A stretch of 64,000 nt of DNA from an uncultured delta proteobacterium (GTDB taxonomy: Bacteria; Desulfobacterota; Desulfomonilia; Desulfomonilales; Desulfomonilaceae): positions 1 to 64,000 of the forward strand of contig CAWBKB010000007.1 in the NCBI GenBank assembly GCA_963789265.1. The letters are read 5' to 3'. The notes under the pieces were generated by a model. It saw nothing but the letters and a program-made list of their open reading frames with translations, did not search any database and had not been told where the DNA came from. Both the position numbers and the translations under genes were made by a program. This document shows, piece by piece, positions 49,738-59,473 of the stretch. How positions within the stretch are numbered: the stretch's first letter is position 1; every line of letters starts with the position of its first letter.

Positions 49738-50331
49738 CTACATCGTACCAGTGATCGAGCCGCAGCTAACGGTCCCAGCGGGCGCGGAGGGTGAGCAATT
49801 TGAGGTGGTCACCATACTCGAAGTGTAACACGTCGCAGCGCGACCGCCGTAAGCGTTCCATGCTGCATTGCAGTCTCCCGTGATAGCGGGCATGTCGACG
49901 CCGCCTACTATACCGATCCGATAGAGGTAACGGTCGGTAGTGGTGCTTGTGGGATGGGATCCATTTTGAGCGCAGGCTATGAACGCTTGTGTGGTGGTAT
50001 CCGCGGTGACCCGCACATCACACTTGGCGTTAGTACCGCCCCATCCGTAATAGGGACCAACCATCCAAGGTAGCATGGTGGCCGCGAGGGCGCCGTTCGA
50101 TCCAATGAGGTTGCCGAAGTCCCCGCAGTTAAGGTCTACCAACTCATTGCCGAACCGCTCAATGGCCGCGCCAAGCTTTGAGATATCGGCGCTTGCTGCG
50201 CGGTCGCACGCGGTCCTCTTGTACGAGACATAGTACGGGATGGCGATTGCCAGGATGATACCTATAATCGCCACCACGACCATGAGCTCGATCAGTGTGA
50301 AACCCTTGACATTCTTGATCTTGCTCAGCAT
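49738..50331 (-). CDS. pilA: Type IVa pilin (probable major pilin)
   Basis: Prepilin motif KG|FTLIELMVVVAIIGIILAIAIP, AGGAGG RBS, own sigma54 promoter and terminator. Confidence 0.9.
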   Translation of the reverse strand: MLSKIKNVKGFTLIELMVVVAIIGIILAIAIPYYVSYKRTACDRAASADISKLGAAIERFGNELVDLNCGDFGNLIGSNGALAATMLPWMVGPYYGWGGTNAKCDVRVTADTTTQAFIACAQNGSHPTSTTTDRYLYRIGIVGGVDMPAITGDCNAAWNAYGGRAATCYTSSMVTTSNCSPSAPAGTVSCGSITGTM

Positions 50332-50461
50332 AAGTTCCTCCTTTTCTCTCTGATTTACCTAGTCTTTCTCCGAATTTCCGGCCTACTAATCAAGCGCAAT
50401 CCGGAGTGTCCCGGATTACGCAGTACTTATTGGCGGCCAAAGGACTGCTGGTAAAGGGTTC

Positions 50462-50477
50462 AGCAACAATTGTGCCA
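50462..50477 (-). promoter_or_regulatory. Sigma54 (-24/-12) promoter of the pilin
   Basis: Minus strand TGGCAC-AATTG-TTGCT, a perfect consensus about 130 bp upstream of the ATG. Confidence 0.85.
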
Positions 50478-50767
50478 CATACCGAACATGGTTTTTAAGT
50501 AGTGATTTCAGTCTACTCAGGACGACGCGCGTCCGGCAGATTTGGTCATCCTAAACAAAAAAAGTCACCTAAGGTTGGTATCCTGCGTAACGGACAGATA
50601 TCACGGATGTTATTTGTGTCAACTAAGTGGGCAATGCCGACGATCTTTGTCTCCGAGTGATGGCGCACTAACTCTTTACCCCGAATCAAGATTGACCGCA
50701 GAGTACGCAGAGAACGAAGATTGCTGGTTCAGCGTCATGTGAATAACCGGCGCGTATAGTGAAGTCC

Positions 50768-50924
50768 GTAGGGGCAGACCTCGTGTCTGCCCTCTTCCGG
50801 GCACCCACGAGGGGCGCCCCTACAGCGAATGCCCGCGTACCCGGGCATGACGACATGTAAGGGCGGGTTTGAAACCCGCCCCTACCAGAAACACGGTGTC
50901 ACTTCTTTGAAAGCGAATCGGTAT
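50768..50924. repeat. GTAG-family REP composite with ATACC-type terminal end
   Basis: Collinear with 13340-13494; partial third copy at 53351-53448. Confidence 0.75.
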
Positions 50925-51320
50925 TAATTGTCACAGACCAGAATTCCGGTCCGGTTCCCAATCCCGCGTCTCGCCGGGCCTGGGGACCGATATCTCGCAG
51001 ACTCTGCCCGTAAGCTGCGCTTATTTCAATATTATAGTCGAGGCAGCTCGCGTAGGATGCGGTGAACCCCGCGAATGCGGGGAAACCGCATCGGTCGCGG
51101 AAAACCTCGACTAGGGGGCCTTCTACCGCAGAGACGCGACAGATGCGGTTCACTCCCTGCAAGAGGGTTCACCACATCCTACACAACTGTATAATTCACG
51201 GCGTTAAAAGCAGGCAGACTCGAAAGTCCGCCCTACAGGTCCGGTTGCAATGTCAATAGGCCCCGATGTGCTATACTAACAAAGTACGACCATGATCCGG
51301 CGGAGCGCTAATCAGCAGCC

Positions 51321-53354
51321 ATGTGTTTACCCCGAGCGATTCTCCCTGTCATCCTTGTCGGTGTATTCTTTGCCCTATCTTTTGCCGTTCATCGACCCGC
51401 ACTCACGGCTCCCATGCAATACGATTCGGCTGCCGCTATTAAAGCGAATGAATACCTCTTCAACTTTGGCATGCTGGAAGCCATCAAGATCTTTCGGCAG
51501 CGCCCTATCCCGATGATCACATTCTACCTCAACTATCTCGCGGACGGACTGAACCCTTATTATTTCCGCGTGGTCAACGCGCTCTTCATGGCCTGCGCCG
51601 CCGGTGCAGCAGTGTTGGCACTGATGTACCTGCTGGAGATCTCCGGTATTAACGTTAGTGGAAACCGAAGCCGGATTAGAACGGTAAGCATCTGCCTGGG
51701 CTTGGCTTTCGTGCTCCACCCCGTAACTACATACTTGGTCGTCTATGTCTGGCAACGCATGGCGTTACTGTCTGCGTTGTTCTTTTTTGTTGCTTTGGCT
51801 GCGTACCTCGCGACCAGAATCGGCAGAATGCGAAATACCGCGCTGGGGTATGCCATCTGCGTAGCTATGTTTTTCCTGGCTATGGCAAGCAAAGAAAGCG
51901 CGATTACGCTTCCCGCGATCCTGTTATTGGTAGAATTCACTTTCTTTGACGAAAGCCTCCGGGATCTGCTCAAACGCTCGGCGATTTTTGGTTGCGTGGC
52001 CTTGATAGCGATCCTGGCCTTGTCGTTTCTCGAGCGACCCCACGGCCAAATCGCAAGCCAAGCGGGTCTTCTTGCCACGATCGGCCGCTACTACAAAGAA
52101 GGAGGGGTGACGCTGGCGCAGGTGGCGATGGGCCAATGTGTCGTGTTTTTCGAGTATCTCAAAATGGCGTTCCTGCCCATGCCTTCAAATGTTCACCTGA
52201 TAAATCCGCAGATTGTCCCCACCTCGATAATCGATCCGCCGGCCACGGCAGCGGCAGTGGCCGGTGTGGCTGTGATCGTTGTTTCGAGCATCTACCTCCT
52301 CAAGCGGCGGCCGTTGATAGGATTCGGAACGCTGTTCTTTATCATCAACCTGTTGCCCGAAGCCTTTTTGGTTCCTCAATACCTCTTCTTCGGATATCGG
52401 ATATTTGTATCAATGTTCGGCTTATTATTGATCGTGGCTGACGGCATTTTGTGCCTGCTCGACCTCGTCAAAGGCGAAAAAGGGAAGCTACTAGTGAAGG
52501 TGGGCCTTTCCTGCGCGTTCGCGGTCACGATACTCCTGTCGGCTCATACCACTGTTACCAAAGATGCGTTATGGATGAGTCAAATTGCTTTCTGGAACGA
52601 TGTCCGAAACAGGTTACCGAACGACCGACGAGTGGAGAAACACGTCAAGATTCAAACGTTGGACAATCTCGGAAATTATCTTAGGACTTCCGGCCGGACC
52701 GACCGCGCGCTGGCGCTCCATCAGGAGGCGCTGCGCACAGACAAAGGCTTCGGATACACCTATCTCGCGCTGGCCTGGGATTACGCTCAGTCCGGCCGGC
52801 TGGATGATGCAGCCGGCGCTTACAAAGAACTTCTACGCATGGACAAGAATAATGCGGCTGCCCACGCCGGGCTTGCCGATGTGTTGCTGAAACAAAACAG
52901 GCTCGATAAGGCCCTCCAATACTTCAAGGAGGCTTTAAAACTTAAGCCTCGCAACCCGGATTACATCTATGGCATTGCGACAGTTTGGCTTGAGAAAAAG
53001 GACACCGTTGCCGCATTGCCTTATTTGCAGCGCACGATCGTCTCGAATCCCGGACACGTGGAGGCGCAATACGATATCGGAAAGATCCTGATGGATGCCG
53101 GCATGATTTCGGAGGCGATTGATCATTTCAACGCGGCGTTGGCTGCAAATCCGAAATTCTGGATGGCCCACAACAATCTTGGTGTAATCTTAGCGAGGAT
53201 GGGCAGGTTGCCTGAAGCAATAGACCATTTTTACAAGGCCCTCAAGATCAACCCCGGCGACGAACCGACACGCAAGAACCTCGAAACCGCTTTAGCATCG
53301 CTGAGAGCAACTGGACGAACCGAAGGGGGCATGAGGAAGGGTTCCGGGCAGTAG
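51321..53354 (+). CDS. TMTC-like GT-C membrane protein with TPRs (divergent from the pilin)
   Basis: QYDS, QRPI, HPVTTYLVVYVWQR and ASKES motifs; AHNNLG-type TPRs. Confidence 0.85.
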   Translation: MCLPRAILPVILVGVFFALSFAVHRPALTAPMQYDSAAAIKANEYLFNFGMLEAIKIFRQRPIPMITFYLNYLADGLNPYYFRVVNALFMACAAGAAVLALMYLLEISGINVSGNRSRIRTVSICLGLAFVLHPVTTYLVVYVWQRMALLSALFFFVALAAYLATRIGRMRNTALGYAICVAMFFLAMASKESAITLPAILLLVEFTFFDESLRDLLKRSAIFGCVALIAILALSFLERPHGQIASQAGLLATIGRYYKEGGVTLAQVAMGQCVVFFEYLKMAFLPMPSNVHLINPQIVPTSIIDPPATAAAVAGVAVIVVSSIYLLKRRPLIGFGTLFFIINLLPEAFLVPQYLFFGYRIFVSMFGLLLIVADGILCLLDLVKGEKGKLLVKVGLSCAFAVTILLSAHTTVTKDALWMSQIAFWNDVRNRLPNDRRVEKHVKIQTLDNLGNYLRTSGRTDRALALHQEALRTDKGFGYTYLALAWDYAQSGRLDDAAGAYKELLRMDKNNAAAHAGLADVLLKQNRLDKALQYFKEALKLKPRNPDYIYGIATVWLEKKDTVAALPYLQRTIVSNPGHVEAQYDIGKILMDAGMISEAIDHFNAALAANPKFWMAHNNLGVILARMGRLPEAIDHFYKALKINPGDEPTRKNLETALASLRATGRTEGGMRKGSGQ

Positions 53355-53650
53355 GGGCAGTCCCGCGATGCACGGGATTTTGTCTGCCCTATTCCGGGCA
53401 CCCACGAGGGGCGCCCCTACAGTGGATTCCCACGTACGCGGGAATGACGGCTGACCGGCAAGATGCCGGTCCCACTAAAGTAGGTTGGGCCATGCCCGAC
53501 TCAATATGCCGGCCACGGGCCGCCCTACCAAAACTTGATAAGAAATAGTGGGGCAGGCATCCTGCCTGCCTAAGTGACAGGCAGGATGCCTGTCCCACCG
53601 GGAATATCCCCAGGATTTGCCAGTGGGATGGGCATCCTGCCCGTCATTCT
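53351..53650. repeat. Mixed REP cluster between convergent genes
   Basis: GTAGGGGC...GCCCCTAC plus several GGCATCCTGCC/GGCAGGATGCC palindromes. Confidence 0.7.
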
Positions 53651-53704
53651 TCTATGAATTATTGGTGCCGCTTTCTTAACGGGACTAACATTCTGCAACG
53701 TTGG

Positions 53705-54685
53705 TCATTCAGACAGCAACTCCTTGAGTTCCTTGTTGAACTCAGGCACGACCTTGAATAAGTCCCCAACTATGCCGTAATCGGCCTTGGTAAAAATGGG
53801 GGCTTCGGTGTCTTTGTTAATAGCAACGATAACCTTTGACGATCCCATGCCGGCCAAATGCTGGATAGAACCGGAAATGCCGCACGCAATGTAAAGATTT
53901 GGAGTCACAGTCTTTCCGGTTTGGCCCACCTGGTCCGAATGCGGCCTCCATCCTGCGTCCACTGAAGCTCTGGAAGCCCCGACAGTGGCTCTCGAACCAA
54001 AAATGGCAGCCATCTCCTCTAGAAGAGAGTAGTCCGGACCTCCCATTCCTCGGCCGCCTGACACTATGATTTCCGCCTCGGTAAGATCTACCTTACCGCT
54101 GGTATCGAGGTTGAGATCCTTGGTTGCGTAGGTCGGACGGCTTGTGTCCGGACTGAATGAGACCTTTTCGATCGTGCCTTCTCTGGGATTTTCCGTAAGT
54201 TCAAGCACGTTCGGTCTTGCTGAAGCAATCTGCGGCGATTTACTTGCGGTCCAATGCGCGTAGCACTTTCCCGCGTACATCGGCCGCTTACCGACGAGTG
54301 TTGACCCTTCGAGTTCAAATAATACGCAATCTGCAATCGCGGCTACACCGAGCTTGGCAGCAGTCCGCGGTGCCAGGTCTTTACCCTGCATGGAATGGCT
54401 GATCAAAACTATGTCAGGCTTTTTCTCCCCGATGAGATGAGCCAGGGCCTGGGCATAGTACTCTGAATTATAGGTGTCCAATTGTGGAGACTCGACAACA
54501 TAAACAGTTTCCACACCGTACTTTGCCAGGTTGGGAACAAATTGCTCAGCTTGCGAACCCATGAGGACCGCAGATAGAGCCCCTCCAAGTTTGTCGGCCA
54601 GCCTGCGTCCCTCACTGGCCAGTTCGAATGCGGTCTTCTTTATCTTACCTGCTTTAATCTCTCCGTATATCATGATGTTGGACAT
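53705..54685 (-). CDS. etfA: Electron transfer flavoprotein alpha subunit
   Basis: SGGRG, QVGQTGK, GISGSIQHLAGM and AINKD motifs. Confidence 0.95.
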   Translation of the reverse strand: MSNIMIYGEIKAGKIKKTAFELASEGRRLADKLGGALSAVLMGSQAEQFVPNLAKYGVETVYVVESPQLDTYNSEYYAQALAHLIGEKKPDIVLISHSMQGKDLAPRTAAKLGVAAIADCVLFELEGSTLVGKRPMYAGKCYAHWTASKSPQIASARPNVLELTENPREGTIEKVSFSPDTSRPTYATKDLNLDTSGKVDLTEAEIIVSGGRGMGGPDYSLLEEMAAIFGSRATVGASRASVDAGWRPHSDQVGQTGKTVTPNLYIACGISGSIQHLAGMGSSKVIVAINKDTEAPIFTKADYGIVGDLFKVVPEFNKELKELLSE

Positions 54686-54743
54686 CTGTCATTTCCCCTC
54701 TACTTACGAAAGTCATATCAAAGGCTTATCCAAGCCGGATCCG

Positions 54744-55523
54744 TCAGATAACCTTGGCCTCGTTACGGAGCGCCTGGACAACCAGCTTGGCGGCATCAGC
54801 AGGCTCCGTGCCTTCCAATTTCTTGCCGGCCTGCCGCTCCGGAGGCATGGTGTAATTCTTAGCCTGCAGCCTGGCTTCCACGTTGAGACCAAGATCCGCC
54901 GAAGTCTTTTTGTCAATAGGCTTCTTTTTTGCCTTCATGATTCCGGGCAGCGATGCGTACCGGGGCTCGTTAAGGCCTTTCTGGGATGTGAGCACGCAGG
55001 GCAATGGGACTTCTACTGTTTCTTTTCCGCCCTCCACGTCTCTTTCCACTGTGGCGGTCTTTTTGTCTTCCGAGACTTCGACCTTGGTCACCAAAGTGAC
55101 CTGTGGGAGCTGCAGAAATTCAGCAACCATTGCACCGGCCTCTCCGGAATCGTCGTCGATGGCGCGTTGGCCGCAGAAAATGACGTCATACTCGATCTGT
55201 TTCGCTGCGGCTGCCAACGCTTCGGCCATTACATAAGGATCGGCCTCGTTTAGGCGCTCGTCATTGATATGGAATGCCCGATCCGCGCCCATCGCCAGTG
55301 CAGTGCGAATCGCTTCAGTTGCACGATCCGGTCCGACGGTGAGTATCACCACTTCCCCTGCCTTGAATTTTTCTTTGAGCCTAAGGGCCTCTTCTACACT
55401 AAACTCGTCGTAAGGATTGATGATGTACTTTATTCCATCGGTCACAATGCCGGACCCGTCCGGTTTTACCTTAATCTGTGTTTCCGTGTCAGGGACTTGT
55501 TTTAGACACACCAGTGACTTCAC
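54744..55523 (-). CDS. etfB: Electron transfer flavoprotein beta subunit
   Basis: KQVPDT, NPYDE, ALAMGAD and NEPRYASL motifs. Confidence 0.95.
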   Translation of the reverse strand: MKSLVCLKQVPDTETQIKVKPDGSGIVTDGIKYIINPYDEFSVEEALRLKEKFKAGEVVILTVGPDRATEAIRTALAMGADRAFHINDERLNEADPYVMAEALAAAAKQIEYDVIFCGQRAIDDDSGEAGAMVAEFLQLPQVTLVTKVEVSEDKKTATVERDVEGGKETVEVPLPCVLTSQKGLNEPRYASLPGIMKAKKKPIDKKTSADLGLNVEARLQAKNYTMPPERQAGKKLEGTEPADAAKLVVQALRNEAKVI

Positions 55524-55726
55524 TGATAATCCTCCTTTCCATAATCGACTCTCATGAGTTCGCCGATAGTTTCTTTGGGCTGTGCAAGGACAATATGATC
55601 AGACTGAAAACGAACCGCTCCTGGACTTTGCTTCCCCCTGCAAAGGAGATGTCAAGCCAATTTCCAGGAGAATCGTCAAAGCTTACTGGGCGTTGACACA
55701 GGAGTCAAGGGAAAATTCTCGCAGTA

Positions 55727-56230
55727 CGTAGCATTCACTTAGCCACGGGAAATGATTGCCATTGCGAGCGAAGCGAAGCAATCTCACAGGCTTATAAAAA
55801 CGGTACTGGAGATTGCTTCGTCGCTTCGCTTCTGGTAATCCCATGAACATGCGTCGACAATACTACGTCTATATTCTCACCAATCGCAGTAACACGGTTC
55901 TGTACACCGGAGTGACCAGCGACCTCAAGAGACGCGTTTGGCAGCACCGAGAGAAGCTGGTGCCAGGCTTTACTGAGCGGTACAACGTTTACAAACTAGT
56001 GTTCCACGAGGTCACGGATGACGTGTACGTGGCCATTGCCCGGGAAAAACAGATAGAGGCGGTTTCTCGCCAGAAGAAAAACGATCTTATCGAAGCCACG
56101 AATCCCGAATGGCGAGATCTATACGAATACCTGTAGGAAATCACCCTGAGCGAGACAAGAGATTGCTTCGTCGCTTCGCTCCTCGCAATGACAAAGGGCG
56201 GAAGAGCCCCTACCTAAGTGAATCGGTACG
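55727..56230. mobile_element. 504-bp TIR/TSD-bounded mini-element carrying a GIY-YIG nuclease between REPs
   Basis: Left CGTAGCATTCACTTAG, right CTAAGTGAATCGGTACG, exact 6-bp direct repeat GCAGTA on both sides. Confidence 0.75.
55843..56136 (+). CDS. Stand-alone GIY-YIG nuclease (YhbQ/UPF0213-like)
   Basis: YYVYILTN...LYTGVTSDLKRRVWQH...AIAREKQI...NPEWRDL. Confidence 0.9.
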   Translation: MNMRRQYYVYILTNRSNTVLYTGVTSDLKRRVWQHREKLVPGFTERYNVYKLVFHEVTDDVYVAIAREKQIEAVSRQKKNDLIEATNPEWRDLYEYL

Positions 56231-56249
56231 GCAGTAACTGCAAAGCGAG

Positions 56250-57500
56250 TCAATGGAAAATCACGGATGCGAAGCTAACAAAGGAATTGTGCGCATCTAC
56301 GCGGGCGTAGTCCAGGGCCAGGCGACGCCCTTCAGATGCATCCATGCAATGAAGCATGGCCGTGATCGGAGAGAAGCCGCATATACGCCTGGAGTCATTC
56401 CCGCGAGCCACCTGCTCGATAAATCCCTTCATGTCTACCTTTTCGACGGATGAAAGTAGTTGTTCATCCTTTTCAAGGCACTCCGCGATGGTGCCCCGAT
56501 GCGGAATGAATGAATCACCGTAACGCGGGCCGATATGATCCAGATCGGCGCTGGCAATAAAACAGACGGATCGAGAACTTCGCCGACAAACGTCTTTCAG
56601 GGCAAGACAGAATTTGTCGGCTGCCTGTCTTTGGCTCAGGAAGCGGCCGTCATTACCAAAAAAGTGATGAGACAAAGAACATAGAATAGGAACAATCATG
56701 AATGGATGTCGCCCGCCGAAAAGAAATTGAAGGAAGATTGCCTGGAACTCTATCACGTGCTCGGTAGCGTGCAGGATCTCTTCGGACGCGGCATCCCGCC
56801 CTAACTCGGAAGATAGCTCGCTGAGAAGCTCTCTGTCTGTGGGCACTGTTCCGAGAGGTGTTTCGAAATCATGTGTGGTAGCGGTGAACAGTCCATCAAC
56901 CCCTCCGTGGCCGGTGCCCAGTATCACGTAAACATCCGATGGTTGGCCTGTTGCCAAAGCATGATAAGCCGCGGCAAAACACCGCCCGCCGGCCCGTATG
57001 TCGATGTGTGGCGCGATCAATCCCACAGGCCGCCGTTGATCTGAAAAGAATTCAGGCAGTCCCGGCCCACTGTCTCCTGTAAAGTAACCGGACAGTTCAT
57101 CTCGCAAGGTCTCAGGATCTGCACTGTAACTTGTTCCGGCATGTGATGCCGGTCTCGATGGCTTTCTGCGATACTCGGAGACTTTGTTTTCGAACGCTTG
57201 CCTGAACCGCGCGCCTTCGAGCAGGAACGCGTCATCTAGTCTTTCAAGAATACACTGCAAGTCGTCAAGAAAAACGATCCGCCCTTGTCTTCGACTGAGC
57301 TCGACCTGAATATCGCGAAGGGAGTGCCGTCCGTCAAACATAGCCACCACCGGAACGGCTTCCGTGCCAATGCACACCGTCTCCTCTCTGAGTTGGAGAG
57401 GATCTTTCAGCCCGATTACGGGTCTATCTTCCACAACCAAATGAATGATGTCCAGATTGCGAAGTTTCGGCTTGTACTCAGGATCGGTTGGATTGGTCAA
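56250..57500 (-). CDS. MEMO1-family protein (AmmeMemoRadiSam system protein B) with N-terminal extension
   Basis: HAGTSY, IAPHID, EHVIEFQ, ASADLDHIG and ICGFSPI motifs. Start uncertain; the longer ORF start lies in a REP. Confidence 0.85.
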   Translation of the reverse strand: MTNPTDPEYKPKLRNLDIIHLVVEDRPVIGLKDPLQLREETVCIGTEAVPVVAMFDGRHSLRDIQVELSRRQGRIVFLDDLQCILERLDDAFLLEGARFRQAFENKVSEYRRKPSRPASHAGTSYSADPETLRDELSGYFTGDSGPGLPEFFSDQRRPVGLIAPHIDIRAGGRCFAAAYHALATGQPSDVYVILGTGHGGVDGLFTATTHDFETPLGTVPTDRELLSELSSELGRDAASEEILHATEHVIEFQAIFLQFLFGGRHPFMIVPILCSLSHHFFGNDGRFLSQRQAADKFCLALKDVCRRSSRSVCFIASADLDHIGPRYGDSFIPHRGTIAECLEKDEQLLSSVEKVDMKGFIEQVARGNDSRRICGFSPITAMLHCMDASEGRRLALDYARVDAHNSFVSFASVIFH

Positions 57501-57660
57501 TTGTTGTACCTGGGAGATTATTGGTGGGACAGACGGGCAAGATGCCCGTACCCACTGCAAGATGCCCGTCGCCACTGCAAGATGACCACCCCACTAAACC
57601 TGGATGTGCATAAGTCGTGCACATGGGTATCCGTCGAGACTTTCGCAAACCAGGATAGAT

Positions 57661-59439
57661 TTATCCTTCGATGAAGGGCCGCAACCGTTTGCTACGTGAC
57701 GGATGACGCAACTTCTTGAGCGCTTTGGCTTCAATTTGACGGATTCGTTCGCGGGTGACGTCGAAATCTTGACCAACTTCCTCGAGAGTGTGGTCAGCCC
57801 GTTCGCCGATGCCGAAGCGCATCCGTAGGACCTTTTCTTCTCTTGGTGTTAAGGTGGCGAGAACCTTTCGAGTTTGTTCGGTGAGGCTCATTCCTACGAC
57901 AGCGTCCGAAGGCGAAAGAATTTTTTTGTCTTCAATGAAGTCGCCGAGATGGGAATCCTCCTCTTCTCCTATGGGTGTTTCCAAAGAGATCGGCTCTTTG
58001 GCGATCTTAAGCACCTTGCGCACTTTTTCGAGAGGGAACTCCATTTTTTCGGCAATCTCTTCAGGCGTGGGTTCACGGCCGTATTCTTGAACCAAGTACC
58101 TCGAAGTTCGAATAAGTTTGTTAATGGTTTCGATCATGTGTACGGGGATACGGATGGTCCTTGCCTGGTCTGCTATAGCCCTTGTGATTGCCTGGCGAAT
58201 CCACCACGTGGCGTACGTGCTGAACTTGTACCCGCGCTGATACTCGAATTTATCTACAGCCTTCATCAGGCCGATGTTCCCTTCCTGAATAAGGTCAAGG
58301 AATTGCAGACCACGGTTGGTGTACTTTTTCGCTATGCTGACGACCAGACGTAAATTAGCCTGGACCAGTTCACTCTTGGCCCTGCGGGCCAGATACTCGC
58401 CCTCTTCGCATAATGTCAGAGCGGATTTCAGATTAGCTTCGTCCATTCCCGCATCGGCCTGAAGCTTTTGTATCTTTCGCACCCCGCTTTCAAGCTTCCG
58501 GTCCAGATCCAGGATCTTCTGCGGGGATAGGTTAGTGTATTTCTTAAGAGACTTCCCTTCTTCCGCAAGGCCCTTGAGAAGAGCTAGCTGCTCCTGAGCT
58601 CTTTCAGCCGGCATTTTCAGCTCGTACTCCACTCCGCGCAACTCGTCTCGGGTAGCTTCCAGCTTCTGAACCAAGAACTTAAGTTTGCCTGCTATGTGCT
58701 CAATCATGTTTGCATTGAGGTTCATGTTCTTCAGGCATGTCACAACCTGTTCCCGGCAGGATGCCAAGTCCGGTTCGAGCTGTTCGAGACCTTGCCGGTC
58801 CGCATTGGATATCAACTGATTGCGTTTCTCTTCAAGAGCATGATACTTGCCATCGAACTCCTTCATTTCCTCGATGAGCTTAAGGACCTTCTCCACGTGG
58901 GATGAGTCGTCTCCGTCGGGCATCTCTTCTTCTTCGAAGCCTCGAATCACTTCCTTGAGGCGAATAGTCCCTTTTTGCAACTTGTCACCAAGCGCCAATA
59001 CCTCTTTGATTGTCACCGGGCAGCCGATGATAACGCTGAATACTTGCTGCTCTCCCTGCTCGATTCTCTTGGCGATCTCAACTTCACCTTCCCGAGTGAG
59101 AAGAGACACACAGCCCATTTCGTGGAGGTACATCTTGACAGGGTCATTGCCTCGAGCGACGGCCTCAGGATCCGGAGCGAGTTCTTCTTCTTCGTCGTCT
59201 TCAGGCTTTTCCTGGTCAAGTTTACGCGATTTCTTTTCAGAGAGAGGAATCTTCTTTTCAGATGCGACCAGCTCGATGTTGTAATCCGCCATCATCTTCA
59301 TAAGAAGCTCGTCTATCTGGGCCGCGCCGACAACAGTAGGAGGCATGAGCTCGTTAATCTCGTCGTAGGTGAGGTATTTCTTGCTTCTGGCCAGATCAAA
59401 AAGATCTTTGAATTCTTGAGTTATCTTGGTGTCAGCCAT
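57661..59439 (-). CDS. rpoD: RNA polymerase primary sigma factor
   Basis: [32 protein letters not shown] and TRERIRQIE motifs. Confidence 0.98.
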   Translation of the reverse strand: MADTKITQEFKDLFDLARSKKYLTYDEINELMPPTVVGAAQIDELLMKMMADYNIELVASEKKIPLSEKKSRKLDQEKPEDDEEEELAPDPEAVARGNDPVKMYLHEMGCVSLLTREGEVEIAKRIEQGEQQVFSVIIGCPVTIKEVLALGDKLQKGTIRLKEVIRGFEEEEMPDGDDSSHVEKVLKLIEEMKEFDGKYHALEEKRNQLISNADRQGLEQLEPDLASCREQVVTCLKNMNLNANMIEHIAGKLKFLVQKLEATRDELRGVEYELKMPAERAQEQLALLKGLAEEGKSLKKYTNLSPQKILDLDRKLESGVRKIQKLQADAGMDEANLKSALTLCEEGEYLARRAKSELVQANLRLVVSIAKKYTNRGLQFLDLIQEGNIGLMKAVDKFEYQRGYKFSTYATWWIRQAITRAIADQARTIRIPVHMIETINKLIRTSRYLVQEYGREPTPEEIAEKMEFPLEKVRKVLKIAKEPISLETPIGEEEDSHLGDFIEDKKILSPSDAVVGMSLTEQTRKVLATLTPREEKVLRMRFGIGERADHTLEEVGQDFDVTRERIRQIEAKALKKLRHPSRSKRLRPFIEG

Positions 59440-59473
59440 TAAGCGATTTCTCCTTGTGCAGATGTTTTGGCGT

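Noticed and set aside
49738..50331. Electrically conductive (e-)pilin
   Set aside because: It is a long pilin; my manual count is about 16 aromatic residues in 187 (under 9%), so the case is borderline and unsupported.
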